64,000 nucleotides of DNA from the human T2T-CHM13v2.0 reference genome, Homo sapiens: assembly GCA_009914755.4 (NCBI GenBank), contig CP068257.2:26752001-26816000 (forward strand), in the 5' to 3' direction. Below the pieces are notes generated by a model, which did no database searches, was not told the origin of the DNA, and worked only from the letters and a program-made list of their open reading frames with translations. A program made the position numbers and the translations under genes. Below, piece after piece: positions 35,918-49,357 of the stretch. How positions within the stretch are numbered: position 1 is the stretch's first letter; the number at the start of each line of letters is the position of its first letter.

Positions 35918-38900
35918 TGTCCCAAATATTTGGATCTTTAGTTCCCAAAATACCGAGTGTCTGCATATACAAACATATCTGTATATTGGTGTTTTTAGTT
36001 TTCATTTGGAAGTTTTCCATAAAAACCACGATCTTAGTTTTCTTAGCTATGTGCCCTGAGTTGTGAATAATAATTTTGATAATGTTACTATCCCTTTAGG
36101 AAAATATTTAGCACAGAAACTCTGATAAATGTGTCTTGTCTGTTGCAATTGAGTATGTTTGCAAAAAGAAGAGGATTTGGAAAAGATATTTCAGTAATTC
36201 AACATAGCCAAAAACTTATTATTGTATAAGTATTAACACACTACTAAGACAACTAATCTTATTTTATGTACCACAATATACTTAATGAGTAAATTTAACT
36301 AAACCTATCACAGTAAAGGGTAAATGACTACTCCATGCCTTTTACATTTGAAGCGGGCACCAGTAATGCTCACTTCAGTGCAGGGTCTCTGCGGTGTCTG
36401 CACTCATTCCTCAAGGAGTAGCAGGCCACAAACTGGTTATTGAGTTTGGAAGGGGAAACTGAACAAATGTTTCCCAGCCTCTTCCTAGTTCCTTCATCTA
36501 AGAAGCGTAAGGCTTGCAAGTAGCATGAATTTTCATATGCGCCATTTTGCTCCATGTTGTAAAGGATCTTGTCTCTATTGAGGAAACTTGTGGTTTTCCA
36601 GGACTGCTGTAATTGGCAATCATACTCTCCAAAAGCAGATTTACTAGGTTAAAAAAAATGTGGTAATTTGCTCCACTTCTTTTTTATCTTTTGTCTTCTC
36701 ACTTGGTTCAGAACTTAGGCAGTTTAATAGAGTTCTCTTTATTGGACCCACTTGAGCCTCATATAAGATTTAATTTTTAAATTGTCTGAAAAAGAGTCTG
36801 AGGTTCCCAAGAAGCCTCTAGTTCATTAAACCACTTGACTTTCCAAATCTATGTGCATTAGCCAGAATCTATGTGCAAAGATCTACCTATATAAAAGCCC
36901 TTCTATAATTACAATTTCTACATGGGCTTTTTTTTTTAACAAAGAAATAGAAATGGGAAACTCAACCAATTTATATTTTTTCTTATACAGCTCATCATAG
37001 AAATAGATAGATATATATAAATAACTATATACATAGTTATATAAATAACTTTTCTTTAAAACATTTTTAAAAGCAGAACACATATTTAATATATATTAAA
37101 AGGTCACATGCCTAATATAGTTTTCTGTTGCTCTCTAATGAAAGATGCATGAGACACTTATTTACAAGGTTTCTTAATTTCAGCATTGGTTGCTTACTCT
37201 GCCCCAAATTCACAAGTAATTGATGAAGGCCTATTTTGTTAATTATGTGAAGATCTGTTTTAATTGTGCCTTCTATTGGCATTTTCATACAAAACAAATT
37301 GAAATTGCAATTTAGGAATTTTCCAGTAAATTTGATCAATGTAGGCCACCAAGCTTATTAATTCAGGCAAAGAAACAGATGCTGGCTATCAGAATTGATC
37401 AAATGAGTGATGGTCAACAAATTCCTACTGTTTTGTGTACTATGGACACATAGTCTAGGAATTTATCCTAACTTCTCTTCTTCTCCATGAAATATATGAG
37501 AAATTGCCTGTCTCCAAAGCCAAAACTAAAAGCTACTTAAATTGACTGCAGATGCTTATGTATCTCAAGATTAATGCACTGTGGATACAGAACTCTCAAC
37601 CCAGACTTCACAACCAAATCAACTGGAGCTCATATGGCACACACCTGTGGAATTCAACCAACTAAATTCTCAGAGATTTGGATACAAGTAGATATATTTT
37701 TATTACCAGAAAGGAAGGGTAAAAGCAGAAGCATTTTGTAAGACCTTTCTTAACAAGCAAGTATGTATTGCAAGGGGGCTCTGGGAAATGAGGCCTGCAG
37801 GAGGGGAGGGAGTAGACACAGGATGCACAGGAAAGACGATGGCAAGTACCAAAGAAAAATATCGTTGATTTCTAAAATTAGAAAATAGCATCAGTGACTG
37901 AAAAGGACCATATACAAAGTTTGTGGGTTCTTTTCATTGATTATTATAACCAATTGCAGCTTCCATTACCATTTTCCAAATCTGCTATCTCTTGGGTTCA
38001 TAATTTGCTAAAGCTTTGGCCCCCAAAGAAGCATTCTATCTCCTATTATACACTAACTTTCCTAGCCAACATTTCCCTCTCAAGCAATGCATTTTTTTCT
38101 GCATTGCATGCATGAAATTTACAGAACGTATATCCCACTTGTTGAAATCCACAATGCTTATATTAAAAGCTAGAGAGATAATTAATGCATAAAACACTGA
38201 AAATAAATAAAAACCATTGTCTCCAGAAATAACTTGCCAAAAATGTAACCCTAGAGTCCTAAGTGGGGCTGGAAAGCAGAAAATGCTCATCTCAAACACC
38301 TTTATCTCTTTTTTTCCCTCCTTAGGAATGTCCAGAATGTCTGAGGTCCTTATGAATTCCTAACTTCTTGTTCAAATTGACTCACAGAAAAAAAATGCCC
38401 AATAAACTCATCCATGTTAAGTAATAAATTTGTCTACATTTTTACATTAATGCATCATGAATATTATCATTTTCTGACACATACATTTCAACACCAAAAC
38501 ATTATATACAATAAGGAAATCCCAATCATTTTAATAATGGAGAAGAATTAACCAGGTCTCCCTTTAAATCATGTATTTGCCTACACAAGCTGGCTTCTTT
38601 CAGTGTACTTACTGTACATCTTGAGAAGCAACAGCTTCATATCATCTGGACCAAGCACAGCGAGAGTTCAAGGAAAGTTGACTATAACAGGGAGTTGCAA
38701 TAAATCATCATTGGGAGTTTGAAGGTGACAGTGTCTTTGCTGCACTTGTAATCCCTTTCATGATACTGGAGAGGGCAGAGGGAGAGTTAAAAACAGTGGA
38801 CATGTTCATCTCCAAGCAGCCTGACTGTGATGTTTCTAGGGGGAAGAAGTTCTTAAAACATCTTTTTGAAATTCTCTAAAATAGTAGTGCCTCATAGTGT

Positions 38901-39350
38901 CAATAATGGGGTAAGGGATTAGGAGGATAAATGGATATAACAGAATGAGACAAAGTCAGACTTTTAGGAAACCTACATCTCAGAGGTGAAGAAGATGGCA
39001 AGCAAGAAGCACAAATAAGATAATTAAGGATGATAAAATAGGAGAAGCTCTCCATGGGAAGAGATGTGAGGAGACATGAATCTAAAAATGAGATAGCGAT
39101 GTCAAACACAGTGAAAAAAAAAAGTGCTCAGGCAAATAAACAGGACATGCAAGGACCCTGAGCTGGTCTCTGGGCCTCCCCGACCAAGACTAAATACCTA
39201 CAACCTTCATTCCCTGACATAATGCTGTACATTGGGGGAAAAAAAAATATGCCATTTGTAGAGATCACTAACAACAGCCAAACTGTTTTGGCTGTTTATA
39301 CTAACAAGATTTGTCAATAGTCTATAGACAGTTTTATATGTGATGCTATT

Positions 39351-39706
39351 TGATATGGTTTGGCTGTGTCCCCACCCAAATCTCACACTGAACTATAATA
39401 ATCCCTATGTGTCAAGGGTGGAGCCAGGTGGAGATAATTGAATCATGGGGGGTGGTTTCCCCCATACTGTTCTTGTGGTACTGAATAAGTCTCATGGTAT
39501 CTGATGGTTTTATAAGTGGGTGTTCCCCTGCACAAGCTCTCTTGCCTGCTGCCATGTAAGACGTGACTTTGCTCTCATTTACCTTCCACCATGATTGAGA
39601 GGCCTAGCCAACCATGTGGAACTGTGAGACAATTAAACTTCATTTCTTTATAAATTACCCACTCTCAGATAGGTCATTATTAGCAATGTAAGAACAGAGT
39701 AATACA
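39351..39706 (+). mobile_element. THE1/MST-family MaLR solo LTR
   Basis: Starts 'tgatatggtttggctgtgtccccacccaaatctcacactgaac...gtcaagggtggagccaggtggagataattgaatcatggggggtgg' and ends '...tttataaattacccactctcagataggtcattattagcaatgtaagaacagagtaataca'. Confidence 0.82.
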
Positions 39707-40493
39707 CAATTTAAATAATGTATAGGTAACATTTTTCCTGGATCAATCTATACGGACTTTGGATGAGAGTAAGAAGGAAGACAATGGCCTCTTCTCTTTA
39801 GAGTTGAGGAAGTGACTATAACAAAAGCTAAACATCAATTTGCCAAGAAAAAATGCAAATTTAGCAAGGATATTCCAGAGAACAGTACCAGCCAGTTCTG
39901 CTAACACCAAATGTAGCAGGGAAATAAAGAGAGAGTAATTTGTATTTATGAAATAGGGAAAGCAAACTACCTTGGGGATGACTATTTTCTTATTCCTAGT
40001 AAAAGACCCATTTTTGGGAAATCACAACAGTCAACAGAGAAGCAGGAGAAACAAAAGTCTTCATTTCCCTCAAAAACACTTTCCTTGACGTAAAAGGAGC
40101 TTCGTTTGTTCTCTTACTGCAGTCACAGCAGGATGAAACCATATCATAATTCTTAATTCCAGGAAATTTAGGACAAATTATGAGCAAGCTATTCTTTTAA
40201 AACAGCTGCTATTTTTAGTGTCTTTATAATTATTTAACTTCCTGGAAAGAATAACATATACAACTCTTCATCTTCCAGGCTCCAATGTTTGGGCTTTTTA
40301 AAAATGTTTAAGTAAATGTTAGAGTAGTTTTAATAAAAACATGCCAAATTCACCTTCTTCTACCCACAATGTTTATAGGTTCTTCTGTATCACTATATTA
40401 CCTAAAAAAAATGGTCCTGAAGGAAAGAAAAAGTGAAAGTGGGGGCTTTGAAAATTATATATTACAATAACTTTATATTTTGGTAATCATATC

Positions 40494-40780
40494 TTTTTTT
40501 GAGACGGAGTCTCGCTCTGTTGCCTAGCCTGGAGTGCAGTGGCGCAATCTCGGCTCACTACAACCTCTGCCTCCTGGGTTCAAGCGATTCTCCTCCCTCA
40601 GCCTCCTGAGTAGCTGAGACTACAGGCGTGTGCCACCATGCCCAGCTAATTTTTGTATTTTTAGTAGAGACAGGGTTTCACTATGTTGGCCAGGCTGGTC
40701 TTGAACTCCTGACTTCATGACCCACCTGCCTCGGCCTCCCAAAGTGCTGGGATTACAGGCGTGAGCCACAACACCCGGCC
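40494..40780 (-). mobile_element. Alu SINE (minus orientation)
   Basis: (T)n followed by 'gagacggagtctcgctctgttgcctagcctggagtgcagtggcgcaatctcggctcactacaacctctgcctcctgggttcaagcgattctcctccctcagcctcctgagtagctgagactacaggcgtgtgccaccatgcccagctaatttt...ggcgtgagccacaacacccggcc'. Confidence 0.9.
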
Positions 40781-43127
40781 CAATAATCGTATTTTAAATA
40801 GTGATATTGTAGTTCAACCTGCTGGATTATGTTATTTCAACTCTATCCTTTCTTAGAACAGAGTAGCTAATACATACATTCAAGGACTCTTAGAGAATTT
40901 ATACCACCTAGACATCGTGCAAGTGAGAGAACTGAATTCAGCCCGAGAATCTTCAACAACTTACCTATGATACCATAGGGAGAAAGTGAAAATGGCTGAT
41001 GAGGGAAATATTTTCAGGTGACTATTTTGTTCAGAGAAGCAGAATAAAATTTCTCACCTGTATGGACCCAGATTTACACCCTGAAGCAAAGTAGAAACTT
41101 TTAACTGTGCCCAGCCTTTCAGCTTGTAGCCAGGGATAGATGGAAGGCTTTGCACTCACTCCCAACAAGAAAAGAATCCAGGGGAAAAAATCCAGTTCCG
41201 CCCCAGGCAGGCAGAGTGATGGTCCTGAGCAGAGCAGGCAAATTTTTTCTGTAAAAAGACAGACAGAAAAAATTTTTAGTGTCTAGGGACAAGAAACAAA
41301 TTATACTATATACTTTTAAAATAAGTGAGAAAACAAATTCTCAGAATGTTTTCGTTGATGAAATTCAAAATACAATGATAAGTGAGTACTTTTTTTGTAA
41401 TATAGGTCTACCAATGAGAAAAGCTGAATTCTTTATAGGGTGGATAATGTGTCACCTAATGAGATTCAAAGGTAAAAACTGTCTCTGGTGTGTGAGCCAT
41501 ACAAAAACAGTGAGCTGTATTCGACCCATAGGACATTGGGTACCCACCCTGGCATTCAGTGTGGCTCTATGTGGTACTACCTAAATGTCCTCCCATCCGG
41601 TAAAGAAAAACCTGGGCTAAATTTCTTAAGACAGGTGGGGTAAGATGTAATGTTTCTCAAGGAGAAAAACTCTCATTATTTTAAAGCCTGTAGCAAATAC
41701 AGCAGTTGTACCACTGAAAAAGGCCACGGCGCAGCAAATTGAAAATGGTGCTAATGAGAACAGCAGGAAGACCTTAAGAATCATGACAGGAATGGTGTTC
41801 ATGATCAAGGGGCTCTAGAGGAATTAGGCCTTGGTCCAGCCTTTAGGTAAATATCCATATTTGCTTTATGTAAATATCCATAAAGCAAAGACTTCCAAAA
41901 TTGTTCTCAGGCTATGAAGTGTGTGCTTAGATTATCTTACTCCAAGGCAACATGCCCTGGTGGAGGAAGGTCACATATTCACATCTGTATAATCTTTTTG
42001 TTGCTTCTTAAACTCTGAGTCTTTAACACCGAGATTCTTTTGCCTCTCCCAAAGCTTGGTCATTCCGTTTTAATTCATCAGAGGTGATCAGTTTTCTAAG
42101 AGAGAAAGAATGAGACACAAGTGAGGAATTTTCAAGCTTTTGGAGATAAAGGAGGAATGACAGTGTGTAGTTTGATGCAAAAGGGAACACATAGAAGGAA
42201 TATTCACTTACCAGATACACACTTGCTGAATAGATGTTCTAGAACTCTTGGGTCATGCCACTAATGGACATGTTACTGATGAGGTTCAAGAAGTTTCAAG
42301 AGCCCTGTGGAGATCTAAAATTGTAGGCCCTAAAAAAGTGGCTAAATTAAAATACAGGAGGAGTCTAGAGATAAATTTTGCTTCTAGAAGGAATTGCGTC
42401 CATGGCTGGAGCTTGTCAGCCAATGTAACTCACACCATCTTCGTGAGTAGTGTTAGCTTTGAGGACCTTTGTGATCACTGAGTAATTGCAGAACTTCATG
42501 TTCACTCAGGACAGTGATTGCTGGATTTAGAATGTGTACAGCTTCCAATGACTAACTCTGTGCATCACTTTCTCTGACTCCATAATCCCAGTAGGCCCTT
42601 CTCCCATGAGAAACTAGGGAAGCTTTATCAAGAATGAAGACTATGAGATATTAAGCCACTTGCAAGCTAACATATTAGCCCCCACAGCTTCAACGTGATG
42701 GGCTGAAGACACTGGACTCCTAGATCAAAGAGAAAAGACTTTATTACTGAAGGCACAATGAGCATCCTTATCTTCATATTTTCCCAGGTGGATACAGCAC
42801 ACACAATGGGTTTGCATCATAGATGAGCAACCCCTTGCTGGCAAAACCCCAGTTTCTAATAGAGCTGCAGAAAAGAAACCCAACGTCTGCCCCAGATGAA
42901 GACATTGTATTTATTAGACTGCAAAGTAGACAAACACCTTTTCCTTCAGAGAGAGAAATCATCTCTATCTTCAAAAGCTGTTTGCTCTACCAACATCCTC
43001 GAAAAGACAGAGTGATCATCACCAATGCCTTTATTTGCAAGACATACATGGAGAATTGCCTCCCAATATGCCCAGACTTGCTTAAATTCATTCATGTCAC
43101 ATTCCCTATTGAGCTTCCAGATAATAA

Positions 43128-43525
<398 letters not shown>

Positions 43526-45462
43526 TTATTGATCATCATTCTAAGACATGGCTTTATTCTTATGCAGCTCAAAGTCATTAGGAAAAACAGTCATTAGGAA
43601 AAAAAGTGAGTCATGATTTCTAACCACTGCAATAAAGATAACATGAGCCAAGCCATTTGCTATTTCTCAGATTCAATTTTTGCTTACATTTCACTGAACA
43701 GAACTTAGTGACATAGCCTCACATAGCAGGAAAGGCAAGGAAATGAATACATTGTTGCCTGGAATAACATCAGGATTCTGTTACTAAGCAATATGGGAAA
43801 TATGGATAATGGGTGCAATTAAAATCTCTGACACAAGAAGAAAACCTGTAAAAGTTATCATGAATGATACATCTTTGGGAAATTATTCTGCTCATATAAA
43901 ACCAGGTTTCCCCAAATATGATTTAGGTATTCCTGTCAAATGTTAGGTGATTATGTAACTGAACTAGAAGATAGAAAATTAGACTTAACATGCTTACTTA
44001 TTCCATTAAACAACAGCAAACAAACAAACAAACAGATTCACTCTCAGTTTAGCATTTATATATGCCATTGTGTGGTAACTATCATGTGGTAATAATCTAA
44101 CAACATAAAATATTGCTTTAAGATTAAAGTAAGATCATAAAATTTCCAAATACTAAGAAGTTACCAAAAATTGTATACTACAGACTCACTGTATACTATA
44201 GTTCCACTGAAGGTTGTTTCAAGAAGTTCTTTTAAAATTTAGAACATAAAGGGCAAGGAGGTGAAAATACTAGACAAAAAGGGAAGCAATCTAAAAAATA
44301 GCCTAATTCTCAAAACAATATATTAGAAATTTCAGAAGCAGATATAATAGACAAAGGAGAGATAATAATCAATAAAATAATAGTTGAGAATTTCTCTGAA
44401 TTGAAGAAACATTAAATGTTAAAAACATGTTATGGTAGTAGAAACATAATTATACTGGAAAATATTTAAATATTTTTATAAAGAGGAGATAATAGATGGG
44501 GGAAAAGTGAATGTGTTTCTTTTCCACAAATATCAAATTTCAGAAGATAGTAGAGCAAAATTTCTAGAGTTTGAGCTTCAATACCTTCATGCCCAATCAA
44601 CCTAAGATTTAACTGCTAGGGCAACTGAACAGTATTCTTACACATGCAGGAATAATACTACCCACGTGCTCTCCCCCCACAAAAAAACTGAAAAACTATT
44701 TCATCAATTGAGGAACTGAATAAAAATAAGACATCTGTGATGTACTGACAAGATGAAATGAAAAAGGCAAGCTCAAAATATGTCTTACAATATGAACGTT
44801 TTGTTTAAAAATAGATATTATACATGTTTAATGGAGATATGTATCTCTATTAAAAAGCTTAGAAATATATAATCAATATGTTAATAGTGGTTATGTTTTA
44901 CTAGTGGGAAAAATAATTTTTAATATTTATGGTCTACACCTGAGCTGTCCAACATGGTAGCCACTAACACATGCAACTAGTAAATGCTTGAAATATGGCT
45001 GGTCCCAGTGAGAGGAGAGATATGCTATAGTGCATGCCAGATTTCAAAGACTTAATGTGAAAAATGAATATAAAAGATCTTATTGATAATTTTATATTAA
45101 ATACTAAAATACTCATATCTTCAATAATTACATGAATAAATTTTATTTTTAAAATTAATTTTACCTATTTTTTAAAAAATTATCTCACAAATGTAACTAC
45201 TAAAAAGCTTTAAATTATATATATTGTGAGTAATGGAAGTCTTATTCGAATTAACAGTTTTAAAAGGAAATCTGTAACTCATGGAGCTGGAAATAGTATT
45301 GGTATAACTCATGAGATGGAAGGAAAAGCTATGGGAACCAATATTCTGGTCATTATCCACCTCCCAGCTCTGTATTCGACTGGCTTCTTTCTGTGGGAGG
45401 CTTCTCTCCACCTAGCAGGAAACATGTTTGCCAGCAACTAAGTTTTGCATCCTCCCAAATAA

Positions 45463-45813
<351 letters not shown>

Positions 45814-48139
45814 TAACCAAAAAAATTACTCTGTTTGGCCCCACTTGAGACATACGGAAACTCCTGGACTAGTATTTTTTTCTGGCAAGGTCTGCATGGC
45901 AGGTAGACAGGGGACCTGCAGGAGGGTGAGAGACAGGCAGAATGGGCTTGTCAGGGTCCATGAACAGAAGGAATAAGACGGTGTTCTAAGAAGACAGCCC
46001 ACTAGAACCGAAGTCTGAAAGCTGTTATGCTAGATAAATATTTCATGAAATGAAACATTATGCATTAGACCATTTGACTCACATCATGTCCCCTACACAA
46101 AAGTCTGGAAAGTGGCAGAAAATAGAAAGATTGAACAATGATTTCAGGGATAAAATGGACTAAGTATAATTGCATGATCTGTCTGTTCTTGCATAAATCA
46201 CTTCTATAAGAAGGATTATATACGTTTTTGCTCTAGTTTGTTACCACCACAGTCTGGCATATAAACTATGCCTGCCTCTTACCCTTTGTGAACTAGAGAT
46301 CCTGCTCTGTTTTTATTGCCTTAGACTTTCAGAGATCAGCAATTACAAAAGCTTCCAAGACTTTTCTCTGCTCAGAAGCTTTGTATATTTTTGCAAAAGC
46401 TTTGCAAATAGTTTGGGATGTATCTTTGCAGGCCACAGGTTCTTTCCCACCCGAGGGTCAGGAGGAGGACATCAAGAGAAAGGATCAGTGAAGACAGAGC
46501 TTAGAGCAATCACAGCTTTAGTCTTCACCATTTAGCTTTCTGCTCTCCTTCCCTACGTAGATCTATCTCCACTATTTATAGTGGAGAAACACAGATGTGC
46601 TCATTATTTCCTTGGATTGATTTAATGTAAATTAACTTATTAATAAATACCCTTTCTTACCTTTCCCTGTCCATTATCTCATAACATACACAGCACATGA
46701 AGCAAACAAGGAAGTTTCCTGGAGGTATTACTTGTTCATTTATCACCTAAGTGTCTTTATCCTGTTTTTGCTCATCTAAACTGTGTAGTATTGAAAGGAA
46801 AAAAGAAAAAAATACATGAGGAAGAACAGACATGTCCTTTCTTATTTGCATTTCTCCATCTCTTGTCATCATTCTCCTTTACTACACCTTGGCCAACATA
46901 ACCGTTTTGCAATACCAGCAATTCCTACTCCCTTATGATAAATATTCACCTCTTATCTTCTAATATCTTATAATCTGCCCACTTGGGACCAGTAACACCT
47001 ACACCAGAGACTATGGATGACTGGTGATGTAATTTAATAAAGGACCCAAGAATATTTGGAAACAGCCCAGTATTCACTGTCAGTAACAATGTTTGTGAAT
47101 ATCTGAGTTTTCTTTCGGCAAAATCCCTTAAACCTTATTTATTTATTTATTTATTTTTGCATTATAGAGGGCCTGTTCACCATAAAAAGCACAATTCGAT
47201 AAATAGCAAGTAATGAGAACAAGGCACACATGCAGTAGTAAACCAGAAAAGGAAAATGTTACTGCTGTAGCAGCACAAATGAGGTCATCATGGTACAGGG
47301 GCTGTAATAGTCAGAGGCTCAACTTGGTGGTCACTAGCCTTTGATCAGCAATTTCCAGTTAGTCAGAGTCATGTCCAAGGACAGAGGGCAAAGCATGAAA
47401 GACGTATCAGCAATAAGTCAGAAGCAGGAAAATGGAAAAAGTCTTAAAAAAAAAAACAAAAAAAACCTGACTTGGAAACCAGGGATGAAACCAGGAACAC
47501 AGGTTTCAGCTCCCAGGTCACATTTCTCCCAGGTCACAGCTGGGAGAAATGAAGCTGAAGGTGGAGAAAGCATGGAGGAGGTGAGTCACAGGCCAAGGAA
47601 CAAAATCCAGGGAACAAAGCATGGAACACCATGAGTCAGCCATGCTCAGGATAATGAGCAAAGACAGCCTTTCCATTAAACAGCTGCCTTTTGGAGGTGC
47701 ATGATGGCTGGACTTTCAAGTCTTAAGTTAGCAGGAACATGGGGCTGCTTTGGGCCCTGCTTCTGGACACTTGAGGGTCTGATGGACACAAGAACCCCAG
47801 TGGAGGTACCTCTAAAAGAATTCAGATCCCATCAAAGAGGAAGGAGAGAGATTATTCCAAAATGTGATCATGTGATAAAGAAGCAAGTTGAGAAGGCAGA
47901 TGGGCCCACATGGCGGAGGACTTAAGGAGGATTTAAGTTAGTGAATTCATACCCTGAAGGCTCTTTGGAAAAGCAGAATAACATCATAAAAGCAAAATTG
48001 TGTGCAGAAAATCAAGGACTTTCTATTGTACTTTGAATCTCTGTTTCATTTATGTTTTAAATGTCTAATTTAATTGTTGCAGTCATATTTCAAAATCGTA
48101 TGGCCTAAGCAGAAATCATAAATCTTATTAAGTGCCCTG

Positions 48140-48520
48140 TTTCTTAGTCCAGCTGCTGTAACAGAATACCACAGACTTGGTAATTTATAAACAGAGATTT
48201 CTTACATTTCTGGGGGCTAGGAAGTCCTAGGTTGAAGGGGCCAGATCTGGCAAAGGCCATCTTGCAAGATACCATGGCAGAAGCCATGAGCGTAAGAGAG
48301 CATTGGATGAGGAAGGGAAGAAAGTGAGATGAAAGCATCCTTTTATCAAAAATTCACTCTTCAGATAAGCGACCTTCTCCAGCAATAATGGCATTAATCC
48401 ATTCATGAGGCTTAGCTCTCATGACCTAACCACCTCTTCCAGGTCCCACCTCTCAACAGTGTTAACTGGGGATTAAGTTTCCAACAAGTAAGCCTTGAGG
48501 GACACATTCAAACAATAGCA
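48140..48520 (+). mobile_element. Old mammalian interspersed repeat ('MER-type')
   Basis: 'tagtccagctgctgtaacagaataccacagacttggtaatttataaacagagatttcttacatttctgggggctaggaagtcctaggttgaaggggccagatctggcaaaggccatcttgc...' with the same head motif and architecture as the copies at 1071, 14953 and 16240. It ends '...acagtgttaactggggattaagtttccaacaagtaagccttgagggacacattcaaacaatagc'. Confidence 0.5.
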
Positions 48521-48998
48521 TTATGATAATGTAAACTTTAAATAATAAGTAAAGAAATGAATCCCTTTTCCAAAACTTTCCAAATCTGTTTTCAAGTTAT
48601 TAATCTATATTCTTTTATATATATGCATGTTTATATATGTGTCTGTATGTGTGTATGTGTGTGTATTCCAATAAGTTTAAGAAACACTAGGAAAACAATA
48701 CTTAATAGGTTTCTCTACTTTAGAACTAATATTTTAATCTCCAAGATTGGGATCTGTTTGCATTACTTATCAAATTGTTTGACCCTGCACGATTTGTTCT
48801 TGAAGCACGTATTGGCATCCTTCCTGGTGCAAGTGTTCATTGGAATATCCGTTTGAGAGAATCTGTTTCAGTCTACTGGCTTTTTCCTAAGAAACCAAGC
48901 AGATTGATTGATGTTGCTCAACAAAAAGATGGTTTGGAATGAAGTAGCTATTCATGGCAGAATCTACCATCTCCCAAACCGTCAAATTATCGGTATTG

Positions 48999-49000
<2 letters not shown>

Positions 49001-49036
<36 letters not shown>

Positions 49037-49261
49037 GTATATGTATATATATACACGTATATATATACATATATATGTGCATATATATACACGTATATAT
49101 ATACATATATATGTGCATATATATACACGTATATATATACATATATATGTGCATATATATACATATACATACATATATGTGTATATATACGTATATATAT
49201 ACACATATATACACATATATTATGTGTGTATATATATATACATATATATACATATATATAA
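49001..49261. repeat. Compound minisatellite of alternating purine/pyrimidine: (CT)10, then (TA)n/(TATG)n, with three perfect 36-bp units
   Basis: 'ctctctctctctctctctct' is followed by 'atatatatatatgtatgtatatgtatatatatac'. Then come three perfect tandem copies of 'acacgtatatatatacatatatatgtgcatatatat' at 49053-49088, 49089-49124 and 49125-49160. Degenerate TA/TG/CA alternation continues to 49261. Confidence 0.9.
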
Positions 49262-49357
49262 AATACTTTGAGTTCTAGGGTACATGTGCACAACGTGCAG
49301 GCTTGTTACATATGTATACATGTGCCATGTTGGTGTGCTGCACCCATTAACTCGTCA
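49262..49357 (-). mobile_element. L1 LINE extreme 3' end (young L1PA-like), minus orientation, severely 5'-truncated
   Basis: 'tactttgagttctagggtacatgtgcacaacgtgcaggcttgttacatatgtatacatgtgccatgttggtgtgctgcacccattaactcgtca' is the reverse complement of the L1PA/L1HS 3' UTR end ('...tgacgagttaatgggtgcagcacaccaacatggcacatgtatacatatgtaacaaacctgcacgttgtgcacatgtaccctagaactcaaagtataat'). The minisatellite sits exactly where the poly-A tail, seen as poly-T on the plus strand, should be. Confidence 0.88.

Noticed and set aside
48954-49293. Cluster of overlapping ORFs with 'YIYIYTYI...' peptides, and a superficially CRISPR-like periodic array
   Set aside because: These are translations of the TA/TG minisatellite. 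The repeat units are degenerate AT-rich 36-mers with no unique spacers, no leader and no cas genes, and the context is primate DNA. It is not a CRISPR array.
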